From positions 77,128,001 to 77,192,000 of the forward strand of contig OZ024747.1 in NCBI GenBank assembly GCA_964016885.1: 64,000 nt of DNA. The letters are read 5' to 3'. The stretch is from Eledone cirrhosa. Taxonomy: Eukaryota. Below the pieces are notes generated by a model that was not told the origin of the DNA, ran no database searches, and saw only the letters and a list, made by a program, of their open reading frames with translations. Position numbers and translations under genes: made by a program. Below are positions 13,282-27,297 of the stretch, in pieces (positions within the stretch are counted from its first letter, which is position 1; every line of letters begins with the position of its first letter).

Positions 13282-13594
13282 AATATATACACAACTATCT
13301 GGTTGTGGAACCAACCAACCAGCCAGAAATTTATAAATTTATAAATTTATTATAAATTTATTATAATAAATTGAAGTGAAGGCAACTGGTGCGTGTGTTT
13401 CTTATTGGCAACATGACCCTCCCAAAGTATAACAATATATATATATATATATATATTAGAAAGTGAGGTTTTTTTACAAAATGAAAAATAACCGAGGTGT
13501 CCTACACGAGTGAAAGAAAAAAGATGAAATCGAAAATGCAACTGGAGTCTTATTTTTTTAAAAATCTATAAAAATCTATATATTTATTTGGTTC

Positions 13595-13630
13595 CTTTAC
13601 CGGTTTCGCAGTTCTTCTGTTTTTCAAAAG
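13595..13630 (-). ncRNA. Variant minimal hammerhead (UUGAAAA core) in insert 13456-13665
   Basis: Minus strand: CTT TTGAAAA ACAG AAGAA CTGC GAAA CCGG TA AAG, palindromic ACCGGT stem III. Confidence 0.55.
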
Positions 13631-14494
13631 TAGAGTTGAGATGGAGGGTCTGGGGTTTTTCTCACATATATATATATATCAAATTACAAAATATGAGGAA
13701 ATAATAGACAAAAATATACCTATTTTTCCTTCAAAGTCCCGACTGCAGTTTCGTCGATCTGTGTGCAACGATTTCTGTACTTTAAAAGTGCATCATCGCG
13801 GTGAGGTTGATACGGCTTATCAAGAGACCCTTCAGATAAAACGACTGTTTCTTTCGTAGCGAGTGAGAACTTCTCGAGAGGCGGAGAGAAAATTTACACA
13901 AGACGAGATACAGTGGTCACAGAAGGGTAGTAAGGTGGACAGTGAGCGAATAACATATTTGCTAGAAAAAACAGTTAATACACTCGTGGGTTAACTCGAC
14001 CACAGGGGAGTTTGGGACAATATAATAATGAAATACACACATATATATTCATATGTATATGTGTGTGTGTGTGTGTGTGGTGTCTGCCTTAACAAGTTTT
14101 GCTCGATGACCGAAAGAGCCAAAATAATCAAAACTCGATAATCAGAGCTATTTATCAAATTACAAAATATGAGGAAATAGACAAAAAATATACCTATTTT
14201 TTCTTGTTTGTTAAAATAATTAAATCAAATTAATTCAACAGTTTTCCACCACCACCACTCCCTTTTATACGCCCCCTCCCCCCTTATTAGTTGGGACCCG
14301 AGAGTACACTATAAATAACTACACCTTCTAATCTCTCCAAAGACAGAAGACCATTATTCTTTCTCACTTTTTCTGCCCACAGAATGATAAAGTTTTTGGC
14401 ATAACCACTTTGTTTATGTTTCAGAACGCGGCTAAAATTCTGTTTACCATTTATCCGAAAGCGTTCTGTTCTGTAATTTGCTATGTATATATGT

Positions 14495-14549
<55 letters not shown>

Positions 14550-14610
14550 GTATATATAGAGAGAGAATGAGAAAATGCGAAGTAGTTTCAGACGTTAAAG
14601 TCCTTTATTG

Positions 14611-14797
14611 ATAATTGTTTCTACTTTTGGCACAAGGCCAGCAATTATCCCAGTGTATTACTGGTACTTTATTTTATCGACCCCGTAAGGATGAAAGGCA
14701 AAGTTAACCTCGGCGGGATTTGAACTCAGTCCGTAAAGGGACGTAACTGTGCTGCAAAGCATGGCGTCCGACCCTCTACCGATACTGCCAATCCACC
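14611..14797 (-). mobile_element. tRNA-derived SINE
   Basis: Close match to the copy at 758-956. Confidence 0.9.
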
Positions 14798-14995
14798 TGA
14801 TAATGCTGTGATACATATTTCAATGACGAAAGTGGCCACACGATGCCGTGTACCCAGTGCCATGATCTCATCAGACAGCTTCTTGTATAATAAGGTTACG
14901 TTCCCAAGGCAGGGGAATGGACGAGGCGTGTGTTCTTGAATCGCCTGCCCGTTCCCCTGTGTACGCCTGCTCAGAATTGCCGAGGTGAATTGTTG

Positions 14996-14998
<3 letters not shown>

Positions 14999-15040
<42 letters not shown>

Positions 15041-15072
15041 GATACTACTACTACTACTACTACTACTACTAT

Positions 15073-15111
<39 letters not shown>

Positions 15112-15158
15112 AACTACTATTACTACTACTACAACTACTATTACTACTACTACTACTG

Positions 15159-15193
<35 letters not shown>

Positions 15194-15195
15194 GA

Positions 15196-15227
<32 letters not shown>
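14999..15227. repeat. (TAC)n microsatellite
   Basis: Direct inspection. Confidence 0.95.
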
Positions 15228-16111
15228 AACACGCATAAGCACACAGAGAGATGCCCCCCGCCCACCCACACACACACTAACCTTCACTCACACATACTGA
15301 CAGAGATTCATCTATATTAACAAATGTAGGTGCTCCAGTGTCAACAGATACATCCAAGTATTGAGTGCATTGTATATAGATATATGGGATGTTAAGTGTT
15401 GCATTGAGTAGAAAGAAAAGAAAAAAAAAGAAGAAAACAGAAATCTATCGATTAAATGAGGATTGATTTCTTAGTGTTCAATAAATGAATGCTATGTTAA
15501 TATGGGGGGGGGGGCGATCCTCTTCCCACAAAAACTATTTTCACTTTGCTTTGGTGTGATATTCCAATCAACACAACATTAAGAATGATCATAACTCCTA
15601 CTTTGATTAGGTAGAACACTAAAGATCATTGGAACATCTTAGAAGGAATCTGTCCTATGAAAGAAAGCTTTAATGTTTTATAAAGTGCAAGAAACCGAAC
15701 GTATGTTTTGTCGACTTTGTTACATAGGATGTTTGTTGGTCTAAGGGGTTGATATTTCCAAGAAGAGAGTAGATATTTTTTGAATGTATGTAATTCGGGA
15801 AAATACTATTGGTAACTGAATATTAACTGCTGATGAAATCGCCTGGGTCTCACCTGCCGTTACAACACGGAATCGAAGGCCATCCCCGAATCAAAATTGG
15901 TCTTATATTTTCTATTTTCTTTTCTGCAATTAATTCTGCAATTAACACCTGAGGAAATCGCTAGGGTCTTGCATCATCTTCAGATGATGAAGAGGAGCCA
16001 TTTAAATATGTCTAGAGTTTTCGCTGAATTAAAATTATAAAGTTTCCAGTCCGGCGTTCTGTAGATTTTAAGGAATATTTCCCTCCGTTCCTGCACCAAC
16101 CACTGGATACT

Positions 16112-16221
16112 ACATCTAGGATGGATGATCTGCATAACGTCGAGTGCTTTAATTATTTTCATCATCGATTGCTAAGCGGAATCACCAGTTCCAACCACTG
16201 GTAAACAACGTAACATAAATG

Positions 16222-16268
<47 letters not shown>

Positions 16269-16381
16269 TACTATTTATGTTATGTTGTTTGCGAATGGGT
16301 GGAACTGGTCATTCCGCTTGGTGATCGATGATGCAATAAATTACACCACTCGACGTTGTGCAGATCATCCATCCTAGATGT
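16112..16381. repeat. Two diverged inverted copies of one element on either side of (TA)n(GA)n
   Basis: 16112-16220 is the imperfect reverse complement of 16273-16381 (acatctaggatggatgatctgca / tgcagatcatccatcctagatgt). Confidence 0.8.
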
Positions 16382-16475
16382 GATATTTCTGTATAAGTAT
16401 ATAGCATTAGGATATTCCTGATGATTTTATACAAATGAAACAATTCAAGACCTGTAGAAGTCATTTCTATATAAA

Positions 16476-16690
16476 ATAATAGTTTTATATATAGGCACAA
16501 GGCCAGCAATCTTGGGAGAGGGGAAAGTCGATTAAATCGACTCCAGTGCGTGACTGGTACTTTATTTTATCGACCCCGTAAGGATGAAAGGCACAGTTAA
16601 CCTAGGCGGGATTTGAACTCAGAATACAAAGGGCCGTAACTCTATGCGTCTAAGCATGGTGTCTGACGCTCTACCGATACTGCCAATCCA
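16476..16690 (-). mobile_element. tRNA-derived SINE (longer 3' variant)
   Basis: Same head and body as the other copies, plus a gtcgattaaatcgac hairpin segment. Confidence 0.9.
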
Positions 16691-16831
16691 GATCATAATA
16701 ATAATGATACTTATTCTCAACTAACGTATTGAGTACCTATTTTATTTGTGGTCACCTCTCGGTAGCCATCGGAAATCCACCTATACTTATGTGTGTGTGT
16801 GTGTGCGTGTATGCATATATGTATGTATGTG

Positions 16832-17281
16832 TCGAATATGATATAAGCTGTGTGTGTGTATATATATGTATGTGATGAATGTGATATAAGCTGTGTGTGT
16901 GTGTATATATATGTATGTGATTAATGTGATATAAGCTGTGTGTGTGTGTATATATATATATGTATGTGATGAAAGTGATATAAGCTGTGTGTGTGTGTGT
17001 ATATATATATATGTGATGAATGTGATATAAGCTGTGTGTGTGTGTGTATATATATATATGTGATGAATGTGATATAAGCTGTGTGTGTGTGTGTATATAT
17101 ATATATGTATGTATATGATGAATGTGATATAAGCTGTGTGTGTATATATATATATGTGATGAATGTGATATAAGCTGTGTGTGTGTATATATATATATGT
17201 ATGTGATTAATGTGATATAAGCTGTGTGTGTGTATATATATATATATGTATGTGTCGAATGTGATATTAGCTGTGTGTGTG

Positions 17282-17317
<36 letters not shown>

Positions 17318-17425
17318 ATAAGCTGTGTGTGTGTGTATATATGTATGTGATGAATGTGATATAAGCTGTGTGTGTATATATATATATATATGTATATGTA
17401 TGTGATGAATGTGATATAAGCTCTG

Positions 17426-17458
<33 letters not shown>

Positions 17459-17490
17459 ATATATATGTATGTGATGAATGTGATATAAGC

Positions 17491-17524
<34 letters not shown>

Positions 17525-17562
17525 TATAGATATATATGTGTGTGTCGAATGTGCTATAAGGT
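16832..17562. repeat. Minisatellite: gatgaatgtgatataagc core plus variable (TG)n(TA)n, ~40-50 bp period
   Basis: About 16 copies of gtgatataagctgtgtg. Confidence 0.9.
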
Positions 17563-17844
17563 GTGTGTATGTTACAATCTATTTATACTTGTGTATTCCA
17601 ATGTTTTCACCATTTCGTCGTCTTTTCACTCAGTGATAATGGAGACACACGGAGACGAGAATTTCGCAATTGAATATAAATTATTCGAGAAATAATATAC
17701 TACAGTGATGTAAGAGAAATTTAAATATCTCTCCTTTCTCTTCTCTTCTCTCCATGAAGCTCTTTATTTCACTTACAATAGCAATGGTTGAATGGCGGAC
17801 AAGTTTGAAAAGAGACATACTGAATGTATTAAACAAACAAACAT

Positions 17845-18410
<566 letters not shown>

Positions 18411-18875
18411 ATACAAACTGGTATTGTTAGCTAGATATTCGCTCAATTACTCTCCTCTTGAAGGTTCTTGTCTTCTCTCTTTCTTCTACTTGATATTCTA
18501 CAATGTAGCATCAGGTGAAATACACCGTTGCTTTCAACATTCTTCTTATTTCATTAATACATGAGATCATTCAATTTAGTCACGTGAGAAGCTTTAAACT
18601 TTACACTTTATTCATTTTCTTACGCCATTTTGTTCAGTAGAAATCTATTTTCTTTTCTTTTATTTATTTATTGTTTTGTTTGTTTCTATTCTTCCTTATT
18701 GAATTAATATCGGTTTCTAAAATTAAGCACACAGCAATAAATATTTGGGGAAGAAGACAAACTATTAAAACGAGTGGATTTGAACTCACAACGTAAAGCT
18801 CTGTAATAAATACTATAAGGTATTTTAACCGCCACTTTTACACTTTTGGCAATCCTACACCAACCATCCTTTCAA

Positions 18876-19099
18876 TTAATATTGGTTTCTTATATAGGCA
18901 CAAGGCCAGCAATTTTGGGGGAGGGGAATGTCGATTAAATCGACCCCAGTGCCTGACTGGTACTTTATTTTATCGACCCCGTAAGGATAAAAGGCAAAGT
19001 TAACCTCAGCGGGATTTCAAATCAGATCATAAAGAGCCGTAATTCTATGCTGAAAAGCATGGCGTCAGACCCTCTACCAATACTGCCAATCACCTGCCC
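18876..19099 (-). mobile_element. tRNA-derived SINE (longer variant); degenerate copy adjacent at ~18705-18860
   Basis: Conserved body and ...tactgccaatcacctgccc end. Confidence 0.88.
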
Positions 19100-19816
19100 T
19101 CATACTTTCAACTAATGTTAAACTTAAAATATTAATAACACAAAACCAGAAATTTGGAGTGATAGATTTAATGGAGTAAATCGATCCAGAACTTAATTGG
19201 TGGTCCTCCCGCCAACGGGGCGGTACTAGACGGCACTACTCCCCTACTTTTCAATGGCGCACACTCAGATTTAGAAAACCAATATGGTTATATGACTATC
19301 TATTCTCTTTTGTGCTTCCTCTTCTTATGGTTATATGCTTATTCCGAAACCCCGCCTTAGAATAAGTGGGGCCCATCAGGAACGCTGTTAACCCCTGATT
19401 ACCAATTCCTGGAGATGGGTTTGTTGACTGGGACCTTATGTTATTGACCTCGTAATTATAAGAGACAAAGTCAACTTTCTTGGGATCTGAACACTACCAA
19501 ACCCCGGTATAATTTTATAACATTGAACTCTCTGCATCGGACGACGACAACGATGACGACGATAACAGCAACAACAATAACAACAACAAAAACAATAACA
19601 ACTATGATTGTCTTCTAAGTGACTTCAAGGCTATGATATATTTTATATTGCTTAAACAAAAGAACTGGGTTATTTCTGACGAGGCACAATCATCACTTAT
19701 AATTTTGGTGTGTATTTATATATTTCATGTAACGCAGCAGGAGGTGATCAGGCTACATGTAGAGTTCATCCTAGCTCTCTTTCTCTCCCTCTCTCCCTCT
19801 CTCTCTCTCGCTTATT

Positions 19817-20530
<714 letters not shown>

Positions 20531-20763
20531 GATATATAAATTGATATATAAATGTGGCTTGATGGCTGGTTGTCCAATTGTTGTGCTCCCGCCAGCCAGA
20601 CAGCACACACAAGTCTCTGTAGACTATTTTCAGTTACTGTAAGATATTGTAAACAAACTGCATTCGGTTCAATTACATTGATGATAGAGAACTACTTGAA
20701 ACTATATCTGGCTACTGTCCCAACAATCTACTAACCGTAACCATGGCAATATTATTGAGTGTG

Positions 20764-20794
<31 letters not shown>

Positions 20795-20825
20795 CTGTAT
20801 ATATATATATATATATACAGTATAT

Positions 20826-20857
20826 ACGTCCAATACACACATGTATGTATGTACGTT

Positions 20858-20898
<41 letters not shown>

Positions 20899-20945
20899 GT
20901 CCAAATACACACATGTATGTATGTACGTTTATGTGTATATATATA

Positions 20946-21018
<73 letters not shown>

Positions 21019-21048
21019 GTCCAAATACACACATGTATGTATGTACGT
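20826..21048. repeat. Three copies of acgtcca(a)atacacacatgtatgtatgtacgt separated by variable (TA)n
   Basis: Copies start near 20826, 20897 and 21017. Confidence 0.85.
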
Positions 21049-21180
21049 AAATATATATATATATATATTTAATAGAAATCACCAAAAATTCACTAACACA
21101 CCATTCCACATTTTCGTTTGTGTCTCTTTTCTTAATTTTTGTTTTTGTGGATTTTTTATCATATACTTGTTGTTGTTGCT

Positions 21181-21480
21181 CTTCTTCTTCTTCTTCTTCT
21201 TCTTCTTCTTCTTCTTCTTCTTCTTCTTCTTCTTCTTCTTCTTCTTCTTCTTCTTCTTCTTCTTCCTCTTCTACAAACTATAACGTCTGTGAGTCTAGGC
21301 GCCGATTGGCTGATGGCTGAGGGATATGTGAATGAATTGGAAAATAAAGAAGATATGGTTTGAATCTAATGAAGAGCTGTAGGGCACATACATACATACA
21401 TATAGACATATATACATACATATATACATATATACATACATACATAAATACATACATACATATATATATACATACATACA

Positions 21481-21514
<34 letters not shown>

Positions 21515-21776
21515 CATACATACATACATACATATATACATATAGACATACATACATACATACATATAGACATATATACATACATATATACATACATACA
21601 TACATACATAAATACATACATATATACATATATACATACATATATACATATATACATACATATAGACATATATACATACATATATACATATATACATATA
21701 GACATATATACATACATATATACATATATACATACATACATAAATACATACATATATACATATATACATATATACA

Positions 21777-21812
<36 letters not shown>

Positions 21813-21846
21813 CATATATACATACATACATACATACATACATACA

Positions 21847-21878
<32 letters not shown>

Positions 21879-21990
21879 CATATATACATACATATACATA
21901 CATATATATACATATATACATACATATACATACATATATATACATACATACATATATACATACACATATACATACATATATACATACATG
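21181..21990. repeat. (CTT)n (21181-21272) and degenerate (TACA)n (21386-21990) microsatellites
   Basis: Direct inspection. Confidence 0.9.
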
Positions 21991-22101
21991 TACATTCAGA
22001 CAGGCACGTGAATCTGTGTGAGCATATGTATTATACACGTTTGTACTTATCTACAGATAAGCATGCTTTTTAATATGGATATCTATCTATCCATCCATCG
22101 T

Positions 22102-22572
<471 letters not shown>

Positions 22573-23146
22573 ATTTTTCCTTTATAATTTTTCCTACATT
22601 AATATAAAAAATAATTATTATGTTTTTAATTATTTTGAATTTTTTATTATTTTGAATTTGTCATATAGCTTAGATCCTCAATGGGTGAAAGTCCGGCCCT
22701 GGGTAGACGTATTGAACTTTCGCCTCCCCCCAATATTGCTGGTCTATTGCTTAAATCAGAAACAATTATTTTTTGTTGGTACTTAATTTCACCGGTTACT
22801 TAATGAAACATTAAAATATGGAATGACAGGTGCGGGGGGGGGGGGGGGGTAGTACATGTATAGTTGACAATTTTATGATATTAATTAATTGATTAAGTAG
22901 ATAAATGAGAACCTTATTTAAGTTATGGATTGATTTGTGGTTAATGGTTAATGTATATTTAACGTGTTCAATCTATTTTATATGTTAAAAGTTATAAAGA
23001 TTTGATAGATGTTGCTTTTTCATGTTTATTATTAATAATAATTTATCGACCTACAGAATTTTTATTTTATGATCAATATCAAATCTGTACTTTCTATAGG
23101 TAATTTAATTGAACGTTGTTCTATTGGGTTGGTGTCAGTATCTATA

Positions 23147-24565
23147 GGGAAGCGAATTGGCAGAGTCGTTAGATAGAATGGTAGAGTGGTTAGAACGTCA
23201 GATAGAATGGTAGAGTGGTGAGAACGTCAGATAGAATGGTAGAGTGGTTAGAACGTCAGATAGAATGTTAGAATGTTGAGAACGTCAGATAGAATGGTAG
23301 AGTGGTGAGAACGTCAGATAGAATGGTAGAGTGGTGAGAACGTCAGATAGAATGGCAGAGTGGTTAGAACGTCACATATAATGGTAGAGTGGTGAGAACG
23401 TCAGATATAATAGTAGAGTGGTTAGAACATCGGATAGAATGGTAGAGTGGTTAGAACGTCAGATAGAATGGCAGAGTGGTTAGAACGTCAGATAGAATGG
23501 TAGAGTGGTTAGAACGTCAGATAGAATGGTAGAGTGGTTAGAACGTCAGATAGAATGGTAGAGTGGTTAGAACGTCAGATAGAATGGTAGAGTGGTTAGA
23601 ACGTCAGATAGACTGGTAGAGTGGTTAGAACGTCAGATAGAATGGTAGAGTGGTTAGAACGTCAGATAGAATGTTAGAATGTTGAGAACGTCAGATAGAA
23701 TGGTAGAGTGGTTAGAACGTCAGATAGAATGGTAGAGTGGTGAGAACGTCAGATAGAATGTTAGAGTGGTTAAAACGTCGGATAGAATGGTAGAGTGGTT
23801 AGAACGTCAGATAGAATGGTAGAGTGGTTAGAACGTCAGATAGAATGGTAGAGTGGTGAGAACGTCAGATAGAATGGCAGTCGTTAGAACGTCAGATAGA
23901 ATGGCAGAGTGGTTAGAACGTCAGATAGAATGGTAGAGTGGTTAGAACGTCAGATAGAATGGCAGAGTGGTTAGAACGTCAGATAGAATGGTAGAGTGGT
24001 TAGAACGTCAGATAGAATGGCAGAGTGGTTAGAACGTCAGATAGAATGGCAGAGTGGTTTGAACGTCAGATAGAATGGCAGAGTGGTTAGAACGTCAGAT
24101 AGAATGGTAGAGTGGTTAGAACGTCAGATAGAATGGTAGAGTGGTTAGAACGTCAGATAGAATGGTAGAGTGGTTAGAACGTCAGATAGAATGGTAGAGT
24201 GGTGAGAACGTCAGATAGAATGTTAGAGTGGTTAAAACGTCGGATAGAATGGTAGAGTGGTTAGAACGTCAGATAGAATGGCAGTCGTTAGAACGTCAGA
24301 TAGAATGGCAGAGTGGTTAGAACGTCAGATAGAATGGTAGAGTGGTTAGAACGTCAGATAGAATGGTAGAGTGGTGAGAACGTCAGATAGAATGGCAGAG
24401 TGGTTAGAACGTCAGATAGAATAGTAGAGTGGTTAGAGCGTCAGATAGAATGTTTTGCAATATTTTTTTCGGTTCTCTGCTCTCTGAAATACCACCGAGG
24501 TCCAATTTATCTTTCATTCATTCCAGGTCAATAAAACATGTACCAGTCTAATACTGGTGTCGATT
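23147..24565 (+). mobile_element. SINE whose A-box region has expanded into a 29-bp minisatellite
   Basis: SINE start (gcgaattggcagagtcgttag) at 23147-23172, ~44 copies of agatagaatggtagagtggttagaacgtc to ~24452, then a degenerate SINE body (ccaccgaggtc...tctttcat...ggtcaataaaacatgtaccag). Confidence 0.85.
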
Positions 24566-25208
24566 ATTCTTCTATATATCCTTCTCACTTCCATTCTCTC
24601 ATTATTTCTACAAAATTTAAAGAACGAAAGCGATAATCTACAGTTTCTTGTAAATCTAAATGATTGCGAAAAGGAGTAAATGACATAAGAAGGAGTTTGA
24701 TAACAGCTTCTATCAAATAATTTATCTCTGCAATTATATATTAGGGTTGAATTGAAGTTATAAACAAAATTGCCCCTTAACTATAAAACATTGAAGTAAT
24801 CCCTTGATGAAATAACGAATGACGTTGAACGCAAATTCACCATTATGCAGTTAGGTGAGTCTAACATTGCAGTTAATAATGTTTTATTAATGACCCAAAC
24901 ACTATGCAAAAAGAAATGTTTTTCACTTGAAATGTTATTACAGGTACAACGGGATTAATATTATATGACCTTCAACAATATTGTTGCATGCGTTACTGAT
25001 GGAGCATACTCAATAATATGTCGTCTATATGTTGAGTATTTGAAGTAAGAAATAGCAAACATTTGTTGCCTCTATTGTGTCATACATATAGAATATTTTA
25101 CAGGAAAATGTTTGAGTACAAATATTCAATCTGATGACTGAAAGCAGATGTGTTTGCTTTCAAGAAACCACTGGTAAATGAAATAATTAACTTATGTTAT
25201 TTATTACA

Positions 25209-25270
<62 letters not shown>

Positions 25271-25306
25271 GTTTTACAGGAAAACCTTTGTCTACAAACA
25301 TACAAT

Positions 25307-25342
<36 letters not shown>

Positions 25343-25349
<7 letters not shown>

Positions 25350-25872
25350 TATTCAAAATATTAACAAAATAGATATTCTTGTGATCAATTATATTTTATT
25401 ATACATATTTCAGAGGTACTGAGTTAAGTTCAACAGTACGTCCTCATCAGATAAAATAAAATGATACATGACATACCCTGACATATTAGATGGTTAAGAA
25501 TTGGTCATGGTAGTGATTAACTTATGACAAAACTCAATATTTATACCCTAATATTAAGATATTAGGATATAAATATTAGGGTATAAATATTGAGTTTTGT
25601 CATAAGTTAATCACTACCATGACTAAATCTTAACCATCTAATATGTCAGGGTATGTCAAGTATCATTTTATTTTATCTGATGAGGACGTACTGTTGAACT
25701 TAACTCAGTACCTCTGAAATATGTATAATAAAATATAATTGATCACAAGAATATCTATTTTGTTAATATTTTGAATTAATATTAATAACTCTGGAAAACC
25801 TTTCTTTTTGAGTGTTTCCAATCTATTGTAAAACTCATTCTTTGATGTATGCACTGAACCTTGTTTAACTTT

Positions 25873-25876
<4 letters not shown>
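25343..25876. mobile_element. Palindromic PLE-type insert, 213-bp arms (25343-25555 / 25572-25784), HHR in each arm
   Basis: Few mismatches, 16-nt loop, ~92-bp right extension, (TA)n on both sides. Confidence 0.88.
25669..25735 (+). ncRNA. Type I hammerhead ribozyme
   Basis: TATTTTAT CTGATGA GGACGTACTG...CAGTACCTCT GAAA TATGTAT A ATAAAATA: perfect 8-bp stem I. Mirror copy on the minus strand near 25392-25458. Confidence 0.82.
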
Positions 25877-25938
<62 letters not shown>

Positions 25939-26710
25939 TATTGAAGTTTCCGTTGAAAATCGAAAAAGTTAGAGGAATAATGTTTTACATGAAGTTGTTT
26001 AAGTGCAAGCATTCATTCATCATTTAGTTTAATAATTATGTATATAAAAACAATAAAATCGGGTGTTAAAAATGATATGTTGTTTCGGCAACTGTGCAAG
26101 GATAATAAGGAATTTATTGGATTTCTTCCTTACATTGCAGTTGGTTGGCACTGAAATTACACAAAGTGTCAGAATTTATTTTGTTTGTTTTTGTAGTGAT
26201 AATGAAGGAGCTTTCTGTCAAAAATTAAAAACAACAAAGCATGATGTTTTATTTGGCAGGCATTTTTAAGAGGTTTAATGAAATTAATTTGCGGTTTCAA
26301 GGTGCTAATGCAACACTTAGAATTCGTAAAAATACTATTACATTATTCATAGAAAAACTTCTGAAATTTCACCAGCCTGCGGAATTGTCATCAATTAAGA
26401 ATGATATAACTCCAGAGAAGATTGTAAGGTGTGGTAGTCACCTCAATCGGCTTAAATTAGACATAGACAAGCGATTTAGCGATAATTGGAACTTCAAAGG
26501 TATATGACTAGAAAGGAAAACATTTTAATGTAAGTGCAGCCATGGCTGATGTTAGATGTCAGGAAGTACGAATAGAAGTGAAATATGATGGGGGAAAATC
26601 AACAAATTTAGTTTTAACAATGTTGGATACAATGAGGGATAACAAAATAATGGCAAAAACAAGAAATGTCTGCTTTATATCCAATTTTACGGAAGATGAT
26701 ATCTAGTTAA

Positions 26711-27000
26711 GGTGCATGGCATGAGTTAGGGTGTTCGGCTTACAATCGTGAAGTTGTGAGTTCGATTCCTGGACCGGACGGTGCGTTGTGTGAACAAGAC
26801 ATTATATTTCACATTACTCTAGTTTACTCAGCTGTAGAAATGAGTTGTGACGTCATTGGTACCAAGCTGTATTGGTCATTGCCTTTCCTTTGGACAACAT
26901 CTGTGGCGTGGAGAGGGGAGGCTGGTATGGGGGGGACTGCTGGTCTTCCACAAACAACCTTGCCCAGACTTGTGACTCGGGGGGGGGGAACTTTCCAGGA
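26711..27000 (+). mobile_element. Second tRNA-derived SINE family (CORE-like central domain)
   Basis: B box GAGTTCGATTCC followed by gtgtgaacaagacatt...ctcagctgtagaaatgag, resembling a CORE-type domain. Family assignment from memory, not a search. Confidence 0.6.
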
Positions 27001-27026
27001 GTAAATCTATCTATGTTACACAGGAT

Positions 27027-27297
27027 TGTGGTGGTGGTGGTGGTGGTGGTGGTGGTCGTCGTCGTCGTCGTCATTGTGGTGGTGATGGTAGTGGTGGTGG
27101 TCGTCGTGGTCATGGTGGTGGTGATGGTGGTGGTGGTGGTGGTTGCGGTGGTGATGGTGGTCGTCGTGGTCGTGGTTGTAGTGATGATAGTTATGGTGGT
27201 GGTGGTGGTGGTGGTGGCCGTCGTCGTCGTCGTCGTAGTCGTGGTCGTCGTAGTGGTGGTGGTTGTGGTTGGGGTTGCTGCAGTGGTGGTTCGTGGT
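27027..27297. repeat. (GTG/GTC/ATG)n trinucleotide repeat
   Basis: Direct inspection. Confidence 0.9.

Larger units (their letters stand above)
11305..13438. mobile_element. Penelope-like retroelement, two 5'-truncated copies head-to-head forming a 2.08-kb palindrome in (TA)n
   Basis: Arms 11362-12393 and 12401-13438 around a 7-nt loop. Each arm has a GIY-YIG ORF end, 3' region and hammerhead. (TA)n at 11281-11304 and 13436-13455. Confidence 0.92.
24740..26640 (+). pseudogene. Decayed hAT (Buster/Charlie-type) transposase, interrupted by (TA)n and a palindromic insert
   Basis: Manual translation gives NIVACVTDGA, CLYCVIH (CxxH) and LFRQLC. The ORF at 26241 reads YLAGIFKRFNEINLRFQG...FIEKL...HLNRLKLDIDKRFSD, typical of Buster/Charlie-like transposases. 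Confidence 0.7.

Noticed and set aside
16832-17562. Constant core with variable spacers, superficially CRISPR-like
   Set aside because: Spacers are (TG)n(TA)n microsatellites, the context is eukaryotic, and there are no cas genes.
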